IMG/VR virus record: IMGVR_UViG_3300047510_002037
Span: 1-64,000 of that record
Origin: a virus
Length of the DNA: 64,000 bases
Reading direction: 5' to 3' (one strand)
Positions 47,068-58,100 of this stretch are shown in pieces (position 1 is the stretch's first letter; every line of letters begins with the position of its first letter). Made by a program: the position numbers and the translations under genes. The notes beneath the pieces were generated by a model. It ran no database searches. It worked only from the letters and a program-made list of their open reading frames with translations, and had not been told where the DNA came from.

Positions 47068-50000
47068 TATTTAAATTAATACTAAACAATCTATTTAGTG
47101 CATTGTCGATGGGTTGAATGTTACTCTTGAGGTTGATATCACTCATACCCATTCCACCAGAAGGTGCGGGCGATGGACGTGGTGATGGACGTGGTGATGG
47201 ACGTGGCGCTGGCGCAGGCGCTGGACGTGGTGATGGACGTGGCGCTGGCGCAGGCGCTGGACGTGGTGATGGACGTGGCGCTGGTGCTGGTTGTGGTCTT
47301 GGTGATGGACGTGGTGCTGGTGGTGGGGATGGTCTTGGTGATGGTCTTGGTTCTGGTCTTGGTTGAGGTCTTGGTTGGACAACTGGGAATCCTCTTTGTT
47401 CAAACTTAACTTCACCTCTATCAGTAACTCTCTTAGCAGCTTTTGGTGTTTGTGTAATTACAAGAGAATTTTCCTTTTTACCTGAAATTTTTCCATCGTC
47501 ATTAACGTCAAATTTATCAAATTTAGGTGTTCCTGGTTTTAAAGTCTTGAGAACCTTTCCACCTGGAACTGATGAATCTTTAATTCTAAGATTACCATTT
47601 TTATCTTGAACTGTTACAACATTTGAAGTTTTCTTATCTCCACCAGTTGGTTTTGCTGGTTTGCCCCTTCCAGGAGCATTTTTTGGTGGAATTGGAACTC
47701 CTGCATCTTTGTATGCCTCTCTTGCTGCCGCTGCACCTTCTCTCTTTTTAATTTGTCTAAAATTATATTCTCTCGTTTTACCATTCTTGGTTGTAAATGG
47801 AACATAAGTAACTGCAGTAACTCCTCCTCTACTTCTTGTAACGTTCTTAACTTTAAATGTCTTTGGAGTTTCTTGTACAGGAGTTTTGTTGTGAGAGAGT
47901 AAACCTTCACAAATATAAGTGTGTGCATCATCAACTGTAATCTTAACTACATCACCATCATCAACTTGTTCAATTTCTAATAGTTTTTGTTCAGAAACTA
48001 CATCTCCAATTTGCATGTTTTTGCATTCTTTCCACAATCCATCAACATAGAATTTGTGAGAATCTGAGCAAATAATTTCACTAGTTTCAAACTTCAACTT
48101 AAATTTGGTAACATTATTCACTATTTCAACATAAGTAACCTGATAATCACCATATTCAAAAGTATTTTCATGGTAAGTTTTTACAAAATCACCAATTTGA
48201 AGTTCTCCTGCCTTCTTCTGTGTGCCGTCAGCAAGTAGAATTAGGCAATTTGGATCTGGACATGGCGGTGGTGGATCTCTCTTTGGATCATTAGGACTCA
48301 CTGGAGTTGCGGTTGACCCGCGAGGTGTCGGATCCGATGGTGATGGTTCTCTAGTTGGATAAACTGCAGGTGGTGGTGCAGGTTCTGGATCATTAATAAT
48401 AGTATTAATAATTTCATCAATTTCATCAGGATCAACTTCACCACCATCATAAGGAGCTGGTATAAAAATTGGAACGACTTGAGGAGGTGGTGGTTTTATG
48501 TTTCCAACAACTGTACTTGCTACAACCTCTGGTGGTCCAACAGAAACATCAGTTCTAGTATCAACAATTGTTGCGGTTTCAGTCTGTACATTTCTAACAG
48601 ACAAAACACTTTCTTGAACTACTTTTACTGTTCCTTCAGCATAGAATTTTTCTTCTGCACCAGTTACTGGAACTCCAATAACAGTAACATTTTTCTCTTG
48701 ACTAGTTATTCTAAAAAGTTTTGTTCCAGTTTCGAAAGTTGGATTAGATGGTACGTTTGGATTTGGAATAAAGAATGAACCAATAAGAGTACCGTTTCTA
48801 TCAGTAACCATTCTAATTCTAGAAACAGTAGCTACCGCTTTACTAGTTTCTCCTACTAAAGTCATTCCAACAGTAACATATCCATAATAATCACCTTGAG
48901 TTTTATTTGATAAACTGAATGTATCTACGTTTAATATTGTTGAAGATGAAGAATATGTATCAGGAACCAGTGTAGATGTATTATATGGATTTGTTATAAA
49001 AATATCTTCCGGGACATTATATGGACCATATTTGTGTGCAGCTGCTGCAACTCTAAATCTAATAAATTTATCTTCAAGCGGAGTAATACCATTTCCACTT
49101 TGAATTGGTGATGTGTTTAATGTCTTAACATTTTCTCCAACTTGGAACACTCCACTAACCATTTGAATTTCTAATAACTTTGGTACAATGTAACGATTAA
49201 CATCTACCTTATCAAAAAATGCATATACTTCAGTAAGTGGTTTTAATCTCTTAGCAGTAAATTCTATATTTCTTGATCTCATTGCTGGGATAAGATCTGA
49301 ACTTACAGTCACTTCTCCTACTTTGATACTTTCAAAGCTCTCTCTTTCTTTATATGCAACTCCAGTTTTTGTTGAAGTTCCGGTCTTTTGTGTTACTGCT
49401 AAATCTTCTCTGATTAAATCATAACCATTAACTACTGTTCTTGAACCAGCTGGAATTTTTGTGGATCCAGTCCATACAGTCTCCCATGCTCCCCAAGTCA
49501 CGGGACCAAATCCAGTTTGTTGATTGAATTGTGACGCTGTTAGCTGAGACTGAGTTTTTGTATATTTTCCTTGAACATCAATTACTCTAGGAGTTAATTT
49601 AACTTGATCTGCCCAAACATCAGAAGATGGAACTAATTGTATACTTCCCGCATAATACGCATTTCTAAATGATGTTACTGGAGCAACTCTACTTGCATAT
49701 CCTTGAGTTATATAAGCAACTTCTTCATACTGCAAAGTTACTAATTGTCCAGTTCTCTTAACACCTCTACCAATTAGATTTTGATCAAAACGTAAATCTG
49801 AAGTTTGTGCTGGAGAAGTGCTAATTCCTAGTGTATTTTCAGTACCAAGAACTAAATCTATCTGGGTAGTGAATGGTGCTGGTCTTAACTCTCCAAGTTT
49901 TGTATCTATACTATTTTTTACATCAGTCACTTTTAATTGTGGTTCAGCTGATGAAAAGTCATCAACAAAGAAACCAGACTTAAAGCGATTTAATCCATTT

Positions 50001-53000
50001 GCATCTCCAATAAACAAATTAGCAGTATCGCTTTCTAATAGTGAAAGTGATGTATAAAACTCTAAGTTTTTTATTCTATTCTCTAAGTCACGGATATCTT
50101 TCATTTGATATCTCTTATATTCAGCTAAATTAATATTAGCTTGAGATACGTCGCAGAGATATGCTGGTAATGATATTGTAGCAATTTCCAGTGATTCTGG
50201 TTTTCCTAAAGGAATTCTTGGATTTTCGGATGCTTCACCCTGAACTAAATGAAATTGTCCGGTTCTATCTAAAAATATTCTATCTATTCTTGGAAGATAA
50301 TATGAATAATTTAGAACAATAGATTCATCAGATGTAGCTATCGGATTTGTTGCTGAATTGTTATAATCAGCATCAATCCTTCTTCCAAAAAATTCAAATG
50401 AAGAGAATGCGTTTTCCTGTACTATGTACTCATTAACTCTTGGCCTGATATCGATTATATCAGAATGTCGGATACCATTAGTTGATGGTATATCACAATA
50501 ATCATAATCAGAATAAGAATTTACTGTTGTAATATCACCATCATCAGATGTATTATAAGTTGCGTGCTCAAAATATATTTTTAATTTTCTAGTTGGCTCT
50601 TTTGCATTTGGTTTTCTAACTAATCTCGAATAATCATATAGTGTTGATCTATAACCCGAATCTAAAGTAAAATCGGAAGTTATATCATTATCAGAACCTG
50701 TTAGTGTTACAATTGTTCCCTGAACATTGCTATTCTTAAAGGTTACTCTTTCCCCTTCAGTAAAGGATATTGTATTTAAATATATAAATCCTATTCTGGA
50801 ATCTGATATCCTTTCAGCATATATTGCTAAAGCACCACTTGTGCTTCCTAAAAATTCTTCTCCAATAAGAAGATCGGTTGTTTTTGCTGTATTTCCACTA
50901 AGGTTTGTTATAACCATTTTACGAATATCTGGTTCAGCAGTATCATCCGATTGATACACACCGTATATTTTTGTAACATCTGGCCAATTTAATGATATTT
51001 CCTCATCCTGAACTCTAGATCCATATGGGAAATTACCAAACTGAAGTCCATCATTACTTGTAGTTGTTCCTATACCAGAATAGGAATACTTTGATTTATC
51101 TATTATAATAGATTTTATTTTATTTTTTATTTTTTTCTTAGATTTTACCTTTGTTTTCGTTAATGTTGCTAATAAGGTTCCCGTAACATTCGTACCTAAT
51201 CCAACAATTGTTACTTCCCTATTTCCATCAGAAAATGCAAACTTATCTGAACTAAGTGGTTCTATAGTTCCATCATCTCTTGTTAAAACATATCTTTCTT
51301 CATCAAAAGGAAGAAAAATTCCATTACTTCCAGCTGAAATTGTATTAGTTTGATTATTTGTTATAGAAACGTCAAAAGATTTCTTTACAGTCAGAGAACC
51401 ATCGAGAACATCTACATTTGAAACGAATCTCTTTGGTAATGTTGTGTATAAAGTGCTATCGAGAGAATTTTGCAGAGAAGATTTTAGTACTCTAAAATCT
51501 GATGGTGTTATTTGTGATGCGGGTAGAATTCCATTGCATAGTCCAGTAACAGTTTGAACCGAACTAATTGTTATTGTATTTGTAGAAACACTTACTACTT
51601 TAGAGTATGTTATATCCTGATAGGATGGATTTGAATAGGCAACAATATTTCCTTCAAAAACATTATTAGTAAATGAATAATTAGAAGATCTTACTGTGGA
51701 TATACCTCCACTAGATGGAGTAATCGTTACTTGCCCAACATTTAGTGCAGGAGACTGCAATACATCAGCTGTAAATGGATATCCATTATCATTTAGTGCA
51801 TATATGGATTTTACATCAGATACAGAATACTGTTTTGTCGAAGTTGTTACTCTAGTATCCTCTATACCATCATATATCAATTTTTCTCCAATAGAAAATT
51901 TACCCCTTACATTGTAAGCAGTGATAATACCTGAATTTGTTACTGAATATCTTAGGAAAGCGGTTGCCCCACTTGCTTTTCCTTTGATATGAGTTGGTAC
52001 TTGTAAAGATAATGGCTCATTAATTGTAATATCAACATATGGATGGATGTCATATAATGATACATCCCATTGATTTAAGTCTGGGAATGCCGCATTGTAA
52101 CTTCCGGATTCTAATGCATAATCATATATTCTACATATACCAATTTCTTTACCTGGAGCAGTTGACTGAGATGCTCCCACTCTTTCATCTCTAAGAGATA
52201 AGAAGAACGATGTTGATAAACCTAATGTTGGACTACCATATACTCTATTTACAGTAAATGTTGGCCCAGTGTAATTAATTACACCTTGATTGTTTAATGT
52301 TCTAATGGTTCTTGGTTTTTCAAAATCTAATAAAACCGGAGAAATTACATCAACTTCATATCCCTTTATATAAGCTTTTAACGGAGATATTTTGTATATT
52401 CCCTTATTATCTGATGGTTTGAAACCCATATCAGTGGATTCTGTTTCAAAATATAAACCATCATTACCTTTTCTATTATTTAAGGAATGTCTCACAAATA
52501 ATGAAGGTGCTTTTACATAAAAATCACCTGATTGGTCATAGGTTCTTCTGGCTAGTTCATCTGCAATTTTGGTATATTCTGTATCTCTATTCTGAGTTAT
52601 TAGCACTCCATTCCTAACTTCCATTATTTGGACAAATTTTTCCAAATTGGTGGAATTAAGTGGTAATTTTATTAGTTCTGCCGTTATTGAAAATCTATCT
52701 GCTCCAGGTGCAGAAAAATTTGTAAATCCTTGGGCGTTGTCTACTAGGTTATCGTCATCATTATATGTTACAATTTCTTCACTTATTTCAAAACCAATTT
52801 TATATGATGGTTGATTTGTATATTGATCTAGAAGTAAGAATTCACTATCTACACTAACAAAATGCCCTCTAAGATAATATACGCCATCTTCAATTTTAAC
52901 ACCAGATCCAATTCCATTTGGATTTCCTTCAACAGTTAGAGCAACTCTAGATCCAGGTTGAAATACTATTGGATTTTCCAAATCAGGATCAATTCCATCA

Positions 53001-53512
53001 TCCTCATTTTCTGCTGTTGAATCATCAGTAGTGTCTGATGTATCAACTAGTTCTTCCACAATAATTGCTTCATTTGGAGCAAAACCAGTGAAAGATGATG
53101 ATCTGCTATCAGAACTTAAAAATGATATGTATAGTGTATTAATATTCCTAGTTGAATCATCTTCGGGAAGTATTCCCATTACAACTGCTCTTATTCCACT
53201 CTTAGCTCCTCGTATTGTTTTATTCAATAAAGAATACATGTAGGAATCAATGGGAGTTCCAAGATAACTTGCCTGAAGTAATACGCAAGGTAAATCTTGA
53301 ATATAAGTCGCTCCGCCACCAGTAACTAATGACCCTTCCTTGAAGAAATGATTTCCAAACTCTTCAATCTGACTTTGCAGCATAGACTGCAAAGTAGTTA
53401 ATTCTCTAGCTTGAACTGGATATCCAGGTTTGAATAAAACTTTATGATAATTATTGTCTCTTTTGAAATCGTCAAAATATGGAGAGATATTTAAGTCTAG
53501 TTCTTGTGGCAT
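47051..53512 (-). CDS. VrlC/DUF4815-like virion protein N-terminal part fused to Hint domain, basic cargo, Pro repeats and N-half S74
   Basis: SPYFDDF...KVLFKPGYPVQARELTTLQS, APGADR, RFKSGFFVDDF; follows gp8. Confidence 0.85.
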   Translation of the reverse strand: MPQELDLNISPYFDDFKRDNNYHKVLFKPGYPVQARELTTLQSMLQSQIEEFGNHFFKEGSLVTGGGATYIQDLPCVLLQASYLGTPIDSYMYSLLNKTIRGAKSGIRAVVMGILPEDDSTRNINTLYISFLSSDSRSSSFTGFAPNEAIIVEELVDTSDTTDDSTAENEDDGIDPDLENPIVFQPGSRVALTVEGNPNGIGSGVKIEDGVYYLRGHFVSVDSEFLLLDQYTNQPSYKIGFEISEEIVTYNDDDNLVDNAQGFTNFSAPGADRFSITAELIKLPLNSTNLEKFVQIMEVRNGVLITQNRDTEYTKIADELARRTYDQSGDFYVKAPSLFVRHSLNNRKGNDGLYFETESTDMGFKPSDNKGIYKISPLKAYIKGYEVDVISPVLLDFEKPRTIRTLNNQGVINYTGPTFTVNRVYGSPTLGLSTSFFLSLRDERVGASQSTAPGKEIGICRIYDYALESGSYNAAFPDLNQWDVSLYDIHPYVDITINEPLSLQVPTHIKGKASGATAFLRYSVTNSGIITAYNVRGKFSIGEKLIYDGIEDTRVTTSTKQYSVSDVKSIYALNDNGYPFTADVLQSPALNVGQVTITPSSGGISTVRSSNYSFTNNVFEGNIVAYSNPSYQDITYSKVVSVSTNTITISSVQTVTGLCNGILPASQITPSDFRVLKSSLQNSLDSTLYTTLPKRFVSNVDVLDGSLTVKKSFDVSITNNQTNTISAGSNGIFLPFDEERYVLTRDDGTIEPLSSDKFAFSDGNREVTIVGLGTNVTGTLLATLTKTKVKSKKKIKNKIKSIIIDKSKYSYSGIGTTTSNDGLQFGNFPYGSRVQDEEISLNWPDVTKIYGVYQSDDTAEPDIRKMVITNLSGNTAKTTDLLIGEEFLGSTSGALAIYAERISDSRIGFIYLNTISFTEGERVTFKNSNVQGTIVTLTGSDNDITSDFTLDSGYRSTLYDYSRLVRKPNAKEPTRKLKIYFEHATYNTSDDGDITTVNSYSDYDYCDIPSTNGIRHSDIIDIRPRVNEYIVQENAFSSFEFFGRRIDADYNNSATNPIATSDESIVLNYSYYLPRIDRIFLDRTGQFHLVQGEASENPRIPLGKPESLEIATISLPAYLCDVSQANINLAEYKRYQMKDIRDLENRIKNLEFYTSLSLLESDTANLFIGDANGLNRFKSGFFVDDFSSAEPQLKVTDVKNSIDTKLGELRPAPFTTQIDLVLGTENTLGISTSPAQTSDLRFDQNLIGRGVKRTGQLVTLQYEEVAYITQGYASRVAPVTSFRNAYYAGSIQLVPSSDVWADQVKLTPRVIDVQGKYTKTQSQLTASQFNQQTGFGPVTWGAWETVWTGSTKIPAGSRTVVNGYDLIREDLAVTQKTGTSTKTGVAYKERESFESIKVGEVTVSSDLIPAMRSRNIEFTAKRLKPLTEVYAFFDKVDVNRYIVPKLLEIQMVSGVFQVGENVKTLNTSPIQSGNGITPLEDKFIRFRVAAAAHKYGPYNVPEDIFITNPYNTSTLVPDTYSSSSTILNVDTFSLSNKTQGDYYGYVTVGMTLVGETSKAVATVSRIRMVTDRNGTLIGSFFIPNPNVPSNPTFETGTKLFRITSQEKNVTVIGVPVTGAEEKFYAEGTVKVVQESVLSVRNVQTETATIVDTRTDVSVGPPEVVASTVVGNIKPPPPQVVPIFIPAPYDGGEVDPDEIDEIINTIINDPEPAPPPAVYPTREPSPSDPTPRGSTATPVSPNDPKRDPPPPCPDPNCLILLADGTQKKAGELQIGDFVKTYHENTFEYGDYQVTYVEIVNNVTKFKLKFETSEIICSDSHKFYVDGLWKECKNMQIGDVVSEQKLLEIEQVDDGDVVKITVDDAHTYICEGLLSHNKTPVQETPKTFKVKNVTRSRGGVTAVTYVPFTTKNGKTREYNFRQIKKREGAAAAREAYKDAGVPIPPKNAPGRGKPAKPTGGDKKTSNVVTVQDKNGNLRIKDSSVPGGKVLKTLKPGTPKFDKFDVNDDGKISGKKENSLVITQTPKAAKRVTDRGEVKFEQRGFPVVQPRPQPRPEPRPSPRPSPPPAPRPSPRPQPAPAPRPSPRPAPAPAPRPSPRPAPAPAPRPSPRPSPRPSPAPSGGMGMSDINLKSNIQPIDNALNRLFSINLNNGVLS
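47161..47380. repeat. GC-rich tandem repeats encoding (PRPS/PAPA)n
   Basis: 12-bp units ggacgtggtgat and ggcgctggcgca with 36-bp higher-order duplication. Confidence 0.9.
47888..48262 (-). other. Hint (intein-like) domain, 125 aa, no homing endonuclease
   Basis: C1-PDPNCLILLADG block A, IICSDSHKFY block B, HTYICEGLLSHN block G; +1 residue is Lys. Confidence 0.88.
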
Positions 53513-53523
53513 GGTGTTTTAAC

Positions 53524-55080
53524 TTAGAATTGCAAAATAACCTTAATGTCTTCTTTTTGGCTTTTTGATCTTGTGATCGAAGGTCTGTTATCTACATAAA
53601 TTATTTCACCTGAGTATTTCTTAACTTCTGGTTGAGAAATTCCCTCTTCAAAAAACTGGCCAAGGTTGTATGTCTTATTATTTATCGTGGTAGTTATCCC
53701 AGTAAAATCAACATCTATTGATAGATTACTTGATCCACCCTTAACAATTATCTCTCCCCCATCATCAGGAACGTCAGTAAATCTATTTAAGTTATATCCA
53801 TAAGTAGGGATTTTTTGACTACCATCACTATTAAATCCAACTAAGGATTTATCCTGCCAGTATTTTAAAACTCCAGTTGCATCATCATAAGAAACAACCC
53901 TACCAACAGCAGTACTTCCGACACCAATAGTCTGTGTTACAAAAGAATCTGGAGAAAAAGTAGTAAAGCTATATGCAATTCCTGTTAATTTTAATGCATA
54001 TAGAGCACTGACCTTATCAAGATTTAATAAAGTTTCAGAAGAACCAGATACTAATGGATTTCTAACGATTCCAACACGAGAAATTTGATTTCCTACTATA
54101 AAATCTGGATTTTCAGTATCATTTTCAATCCTAGTATACATTAGAACATTGGTTGCTCCCAATTCTCTATAGATGTCGTAACCATGTCCTCCAGTTGGTG
54201 GTATAATAACATCAAACTCTGGTGTAGTAATTCCTGGTGGAAATGTAGTTGCAGTTAAATCAACTCTTCCATGTGTATATCCATATCCACCATCAGAGAT
54301 AAAAATATCTTCAACTTTTGCATCATTGTTTACTATAATTGTTGCTTTAGCACCAAATCCATCACCTTTTACTGGAATATTTGTATAAGTAATACCTCCT
54401 GTTCCAAGTCCAACACCTCTATTTTTAATTGTAATTATTTTTAATTGTCCACTAGATTGTGCGTTCTGTCTTATTGGATCATTAACAATATCAGTTTCCC
54501 AATTTTTTGGAACTGGTATGAAATTAACAGAATCGAATTTTACAATATCTGATGGTTTAATAGTATAAAGATATTTCCAAATATACCCATCTCCACTATC
54601 CCCAGCAGACTTTGGTTCCAAATCAGTAAATAATGGTTCATCTAGAGATGGTTTTCCTTCAGGTGTTTCTGGAGTTGTACCATTTTGCAAGCAAATATAA
54701 ACTCTATAATCACTATTCATCACATAAAAATTGGATGAATACAAATTTGTTGCGTTTGATGGTTTTGCTAAGTTATTCCTACTGATATCATGCCTATACA
54801 TGTCGTAAGTAGTACCAGAATTCCAAGTTATTTTCCTTATAACCTGTCTGATATCATCAGCATTTATCTTTTTCAAGGCAATCATAGTATCCCATATATC
54901 AGACTCCTGTTCAAAAGAGTCTCTAGGGGATGGTGGATTTGAGTCCCAACTGGAGGAATAATCAGTTGGATTAGCTAATCCCAAAAAAGCATAAAATTTA
55001 TTATTTTCTGAGTCCTCGGCAAGGGACACGAAATTTTTTGCATTTAATATTCTAATTTGATCAGTTATTATTGCAGCCAT
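53524..55080 (-). CDS. gp8: Baseplate wedge subunit
   Basis: YRVYICLQNG, GDGYIWKYLYTI, YSGEIIYVDNR...EDIKVILQF; late promoter at 55101-55107. Confidence 0.9.
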   Translation of the reverse strand: MAAIITDQIRILNAKNFVSLAEDSENNKFYAFLGLANPTDYSSSWDSNPPSPRDSFEQESDIWDTMIALKKINADDIRQVIRKITWNSGTTYDMYRHDISRNNLAKPSNATNLYSSNFYVMNSDYRVYICLQNGTTPETPEGKPSLDEPLFTDLEPKSAGDSGDGYIWKYLYTIKPSDIVKFDSVNFIPVPKNWETDIVNDPIRQNAQSSGQLKIITIKNRGVGLGTGGITYTNIPVKGDGFGAKATIIVNNDAKVEDIFISDGGYGYTHGRVDLTATTFPPGITTPEFDVIIPPTGGHGYDIYRELGATNVLMYTRIENDTENPDFIVGNQISRVGIVRNPLVSGSSETLLNLDKVSALYALKLTGIAYSFTTFSPDSFVTQTIGVGSTAVGRVVSYDDATGVLKYWQDKSLVGFNSDGSQKIPTYGYNLNRFTDVPDDGGEIIVKGGSSNLSIDVDFTGITTTINNKTYNLGQFFEEGISQPEVKKYSGEIIYVDNRPSITRSKSQKEDIKVILQF

Positions 55081-55103
55081 TTCTAGTAATTTTTGTTAAT
55101 TAT

Positions 55104-58100
55104 TTATGATAGGTAATTTATAGATTTTAGAGCATTAGTTCTTCTTACTATTGGGGAAGTTGAAATTCCCAATAATCCATTGTCTTTATATATTGAATAT
55201 TCTTCTGGATTTGGTCTAATTAAATTAGATACCTTACCCCAAGTATATTCTCCAAAAAATTCTCTTGATAAGAACTCATTAATTACTAATCCATTTAGAT
55301 CTTCTATAGGAGCAATAACTTTTATCCTATCAACAACTATTAAAGTTCCTTCTTCGGTAACAGTTACGGAAGAACCACTTCCTATAGCAAATGATGCATA
55401 TCTAGCAGTATCGGAAATTATCTCAGAAACATTTACTTGATATGGTTCAAGATCAATACCAGCAACTTGATATACATTATCAATGAATTGATTTCCTGTA
55501 ACCAATGCATTCCCACTAATATCTAAGGAAGTAACTCCAAAACCAATATTAGTTGAGTTGATTACAAAATAATCACCAATTTGAATAGTACTTTGATCAT
55601 ATATCTCACCAACAACACTAGCATCTCTAAGTGGAGAATTTTCATCAATGAATAATTCAAATACCAGTGCAGTTGATCCCACCCCTATAGATGTTGTACC
55701 AATTCCACTAATAAATCCAAAATCTCCAGAATATTCTACTTGATATGCAACTTCACTCTTAGATAGTGGTGGTGATATTAAAACTAATGGTGGATTATTA
55801 TCATCATATCCACTACCACCATCATTAATTGATATAAAATCGACCTTACCATCAACAATTACAGCTGTTGCCGAAGCGGTATTTATACCACTCTTTGGAG
55901 AATGTATTGATACTGTTGGTATGGTTGTATATCCAAATCCTTTATCTTGTATATTAATACTAGTAACTATTCCAGAAGTAACTGATGCTAAAGCATATGC
56001 AGATTTAGTATCATCTTGTGTTACTATATCTACAACATTAGTATATGTTTCTGGCGCATTTTCTTTTTTATCGTCAAAGAAAGTTTTTAAACTTTCTACA
56101 TAAACAAAAGTGCTACCAATACTTATATCAGAAATAATATTTGTAAATGGATTTATTTGAGCTTCATATAAGTCTCTTGATTTGGGAATAATTTGACCAT
56201 CTACGATAAGATCATTCTTTTGTCTACACCAGTTAACTGGTCTCTCTAAGAATGGATTCTGAATTATACCCTCTCCACCATATGGGAATGTCTCCACAGA
56301 ATCTGTAGCTGTAATATCTTTAACAGACCGTTCGGATTGATTTTCTTCAATGAAATCACTATGCAATCTTAATCTATCCCCAGGTTTTACTGTTTCTAGA
56401 ATATCTACATCCCTAACATCAATCGACCCCGTTCCTCTATAGAACAGTATCTTCGCAGTGTTTCCTGGTTTTGGTGGTTCTGGGAAACGTATAATACTTC
56501 CTCCCTTAAATATGTAACCAATTCCAGGAACTTGTAATATATCATTGATGAATACCAATAGAGTTGACTGAACATCAATCAGAGAACCAGTTTTTGATTT
56601 AATAGACTTTTGTATTCCATTGATTTTTATTGGGAATCTTGTTCTAAATCCATTAAATAGAGGACTTATATCATCCAAAACTGCAATATCACCTATTGTC
56701 CATCCAGTAAATTCGTCAGTATCTGTATCTGCTACAGTTACTTCAAAATTTTCAAAATTCTGTGTTGTTGGTAATGATAAAGTTGGATTTGAGTATGGAG
56801 ACTGTATCGTTGGTGCATATGCTGTTCCAAGTCCAATAATTGTAGTTATTATACCAACATAATTTCCTATGGTATACCAAACATCCGAGCAACAATTTTC
56901 GTCATATAATGAAGGACTGCATGATTCATCAAAATCAATGGATAAATCTTTAATCTGAGAAATAGATGATATACCAGATTGATATGATACTGGAACCGTT
57001 ACGTTGTTTATGATATATTGTGATATATTGGTAATATAATTATAACCTGCTATTGTTTCAGTCTTTTCACCATCAATATATGATGTACCACCAGCTCCGA
57101 TGTAGTATGCAAATCCAGCTTGAACGCTATAATAGTTACCACCAAAGGCTAAGTCATTTGAAATTGCATCTACAACATAACCAATATCTCTCTTACAAAT
57201 ACTTTCATCATAATCAGTGCTGGTCAAAATTCCTGGATAGGTATTTGTGATGAATCCTACCACTTCATTCTTAATAAATTCTTTGTTTACTGATAGTAGA
57301 TTTGCACCATCAAGTAATCTACCTCTATACTCTCTTGGTATACCAGTAGTTCCACCAACAGCAACTGTTAATATATTATTGATTTCATATCCAAAACCTG
57401 GATCTATTATTTCAAAATCAATAACACTAGAACCTTGTCCTACAACAACATTAACTCTAGCATTTTGACCCGTTGTTTTTCCAATTGAAGTTGTGGAATA
57501 TTCTAAATCAATATTTGAGTATGATAATGGGTCATCAAAGACGACTTCTGGTGGATTTGATGATGTGTATCCAGATCCTGGATTTGTAATTGCTACACTT
57601 ACAATTCTTCCATAACTTATTGACGCAATACCAATCTTATTATAACCATCAGAATAGTTAGTTGAAGTTCTTACTCCAACATTTACAGTTTGTATTCCAG
57701 AACGATAACCAGATCCAACATTGGTGATATAAATTGATTGAATAGTTCCCGAAGCAGATACAACAGCAGTACCAGCAGCTGCTACAAGAGTTTGATATCC
57801 AAATCCACCTACAGATCCAACTGCAGTAATTTTTCCGGATACTGGTAGTCCTGTTACTGAGATGTCCAAACCATCAGAATAAGAATTACCATCAAAATAA
57901 ATTGTAGTTGAATCATTTTCTTCACCAAGATAATAGTTTCCAGTAACACTAACCACACCGGTGCGTATAGGTGATTGGAATATATCTTTAACAGTAATCA
58001 GTGCATTACTTTGTTCTATTCCAGTTATATTTTCACCATCTACAGTCAATGTAAACGCTGTTGTTATTCCATTAAATTGATCTTGTATTCCATCAAAAAC

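Noticed and set aside
47068-47073. TAAATA directly before the S74 C-half ATG as a late promoter
   Set aside because: It abuts the start codon, so transcription would begin inside the ORF; a chance match is likely in AT-rich DNA.
47161-47380. Repeat array considered as CRISPR or a DGR template
   Set aside because: The repeats are contiguous and coding, with no spacers, and there is no cas or reverse transcriptase gene in the window.
47118-47415. His-rich, Gly-rich and Val-rich alternative-frame ORFs
   Set aside because: These are shadows of the stop-free Pro tandem repeat in the main frame, with no RBS or independent signal.
47888-48262. Mobile homing intein
   Set aside because: There is no endonuclease domain, the +1 residue is Lys, and the site is a variable linker rather than a conserved motif.
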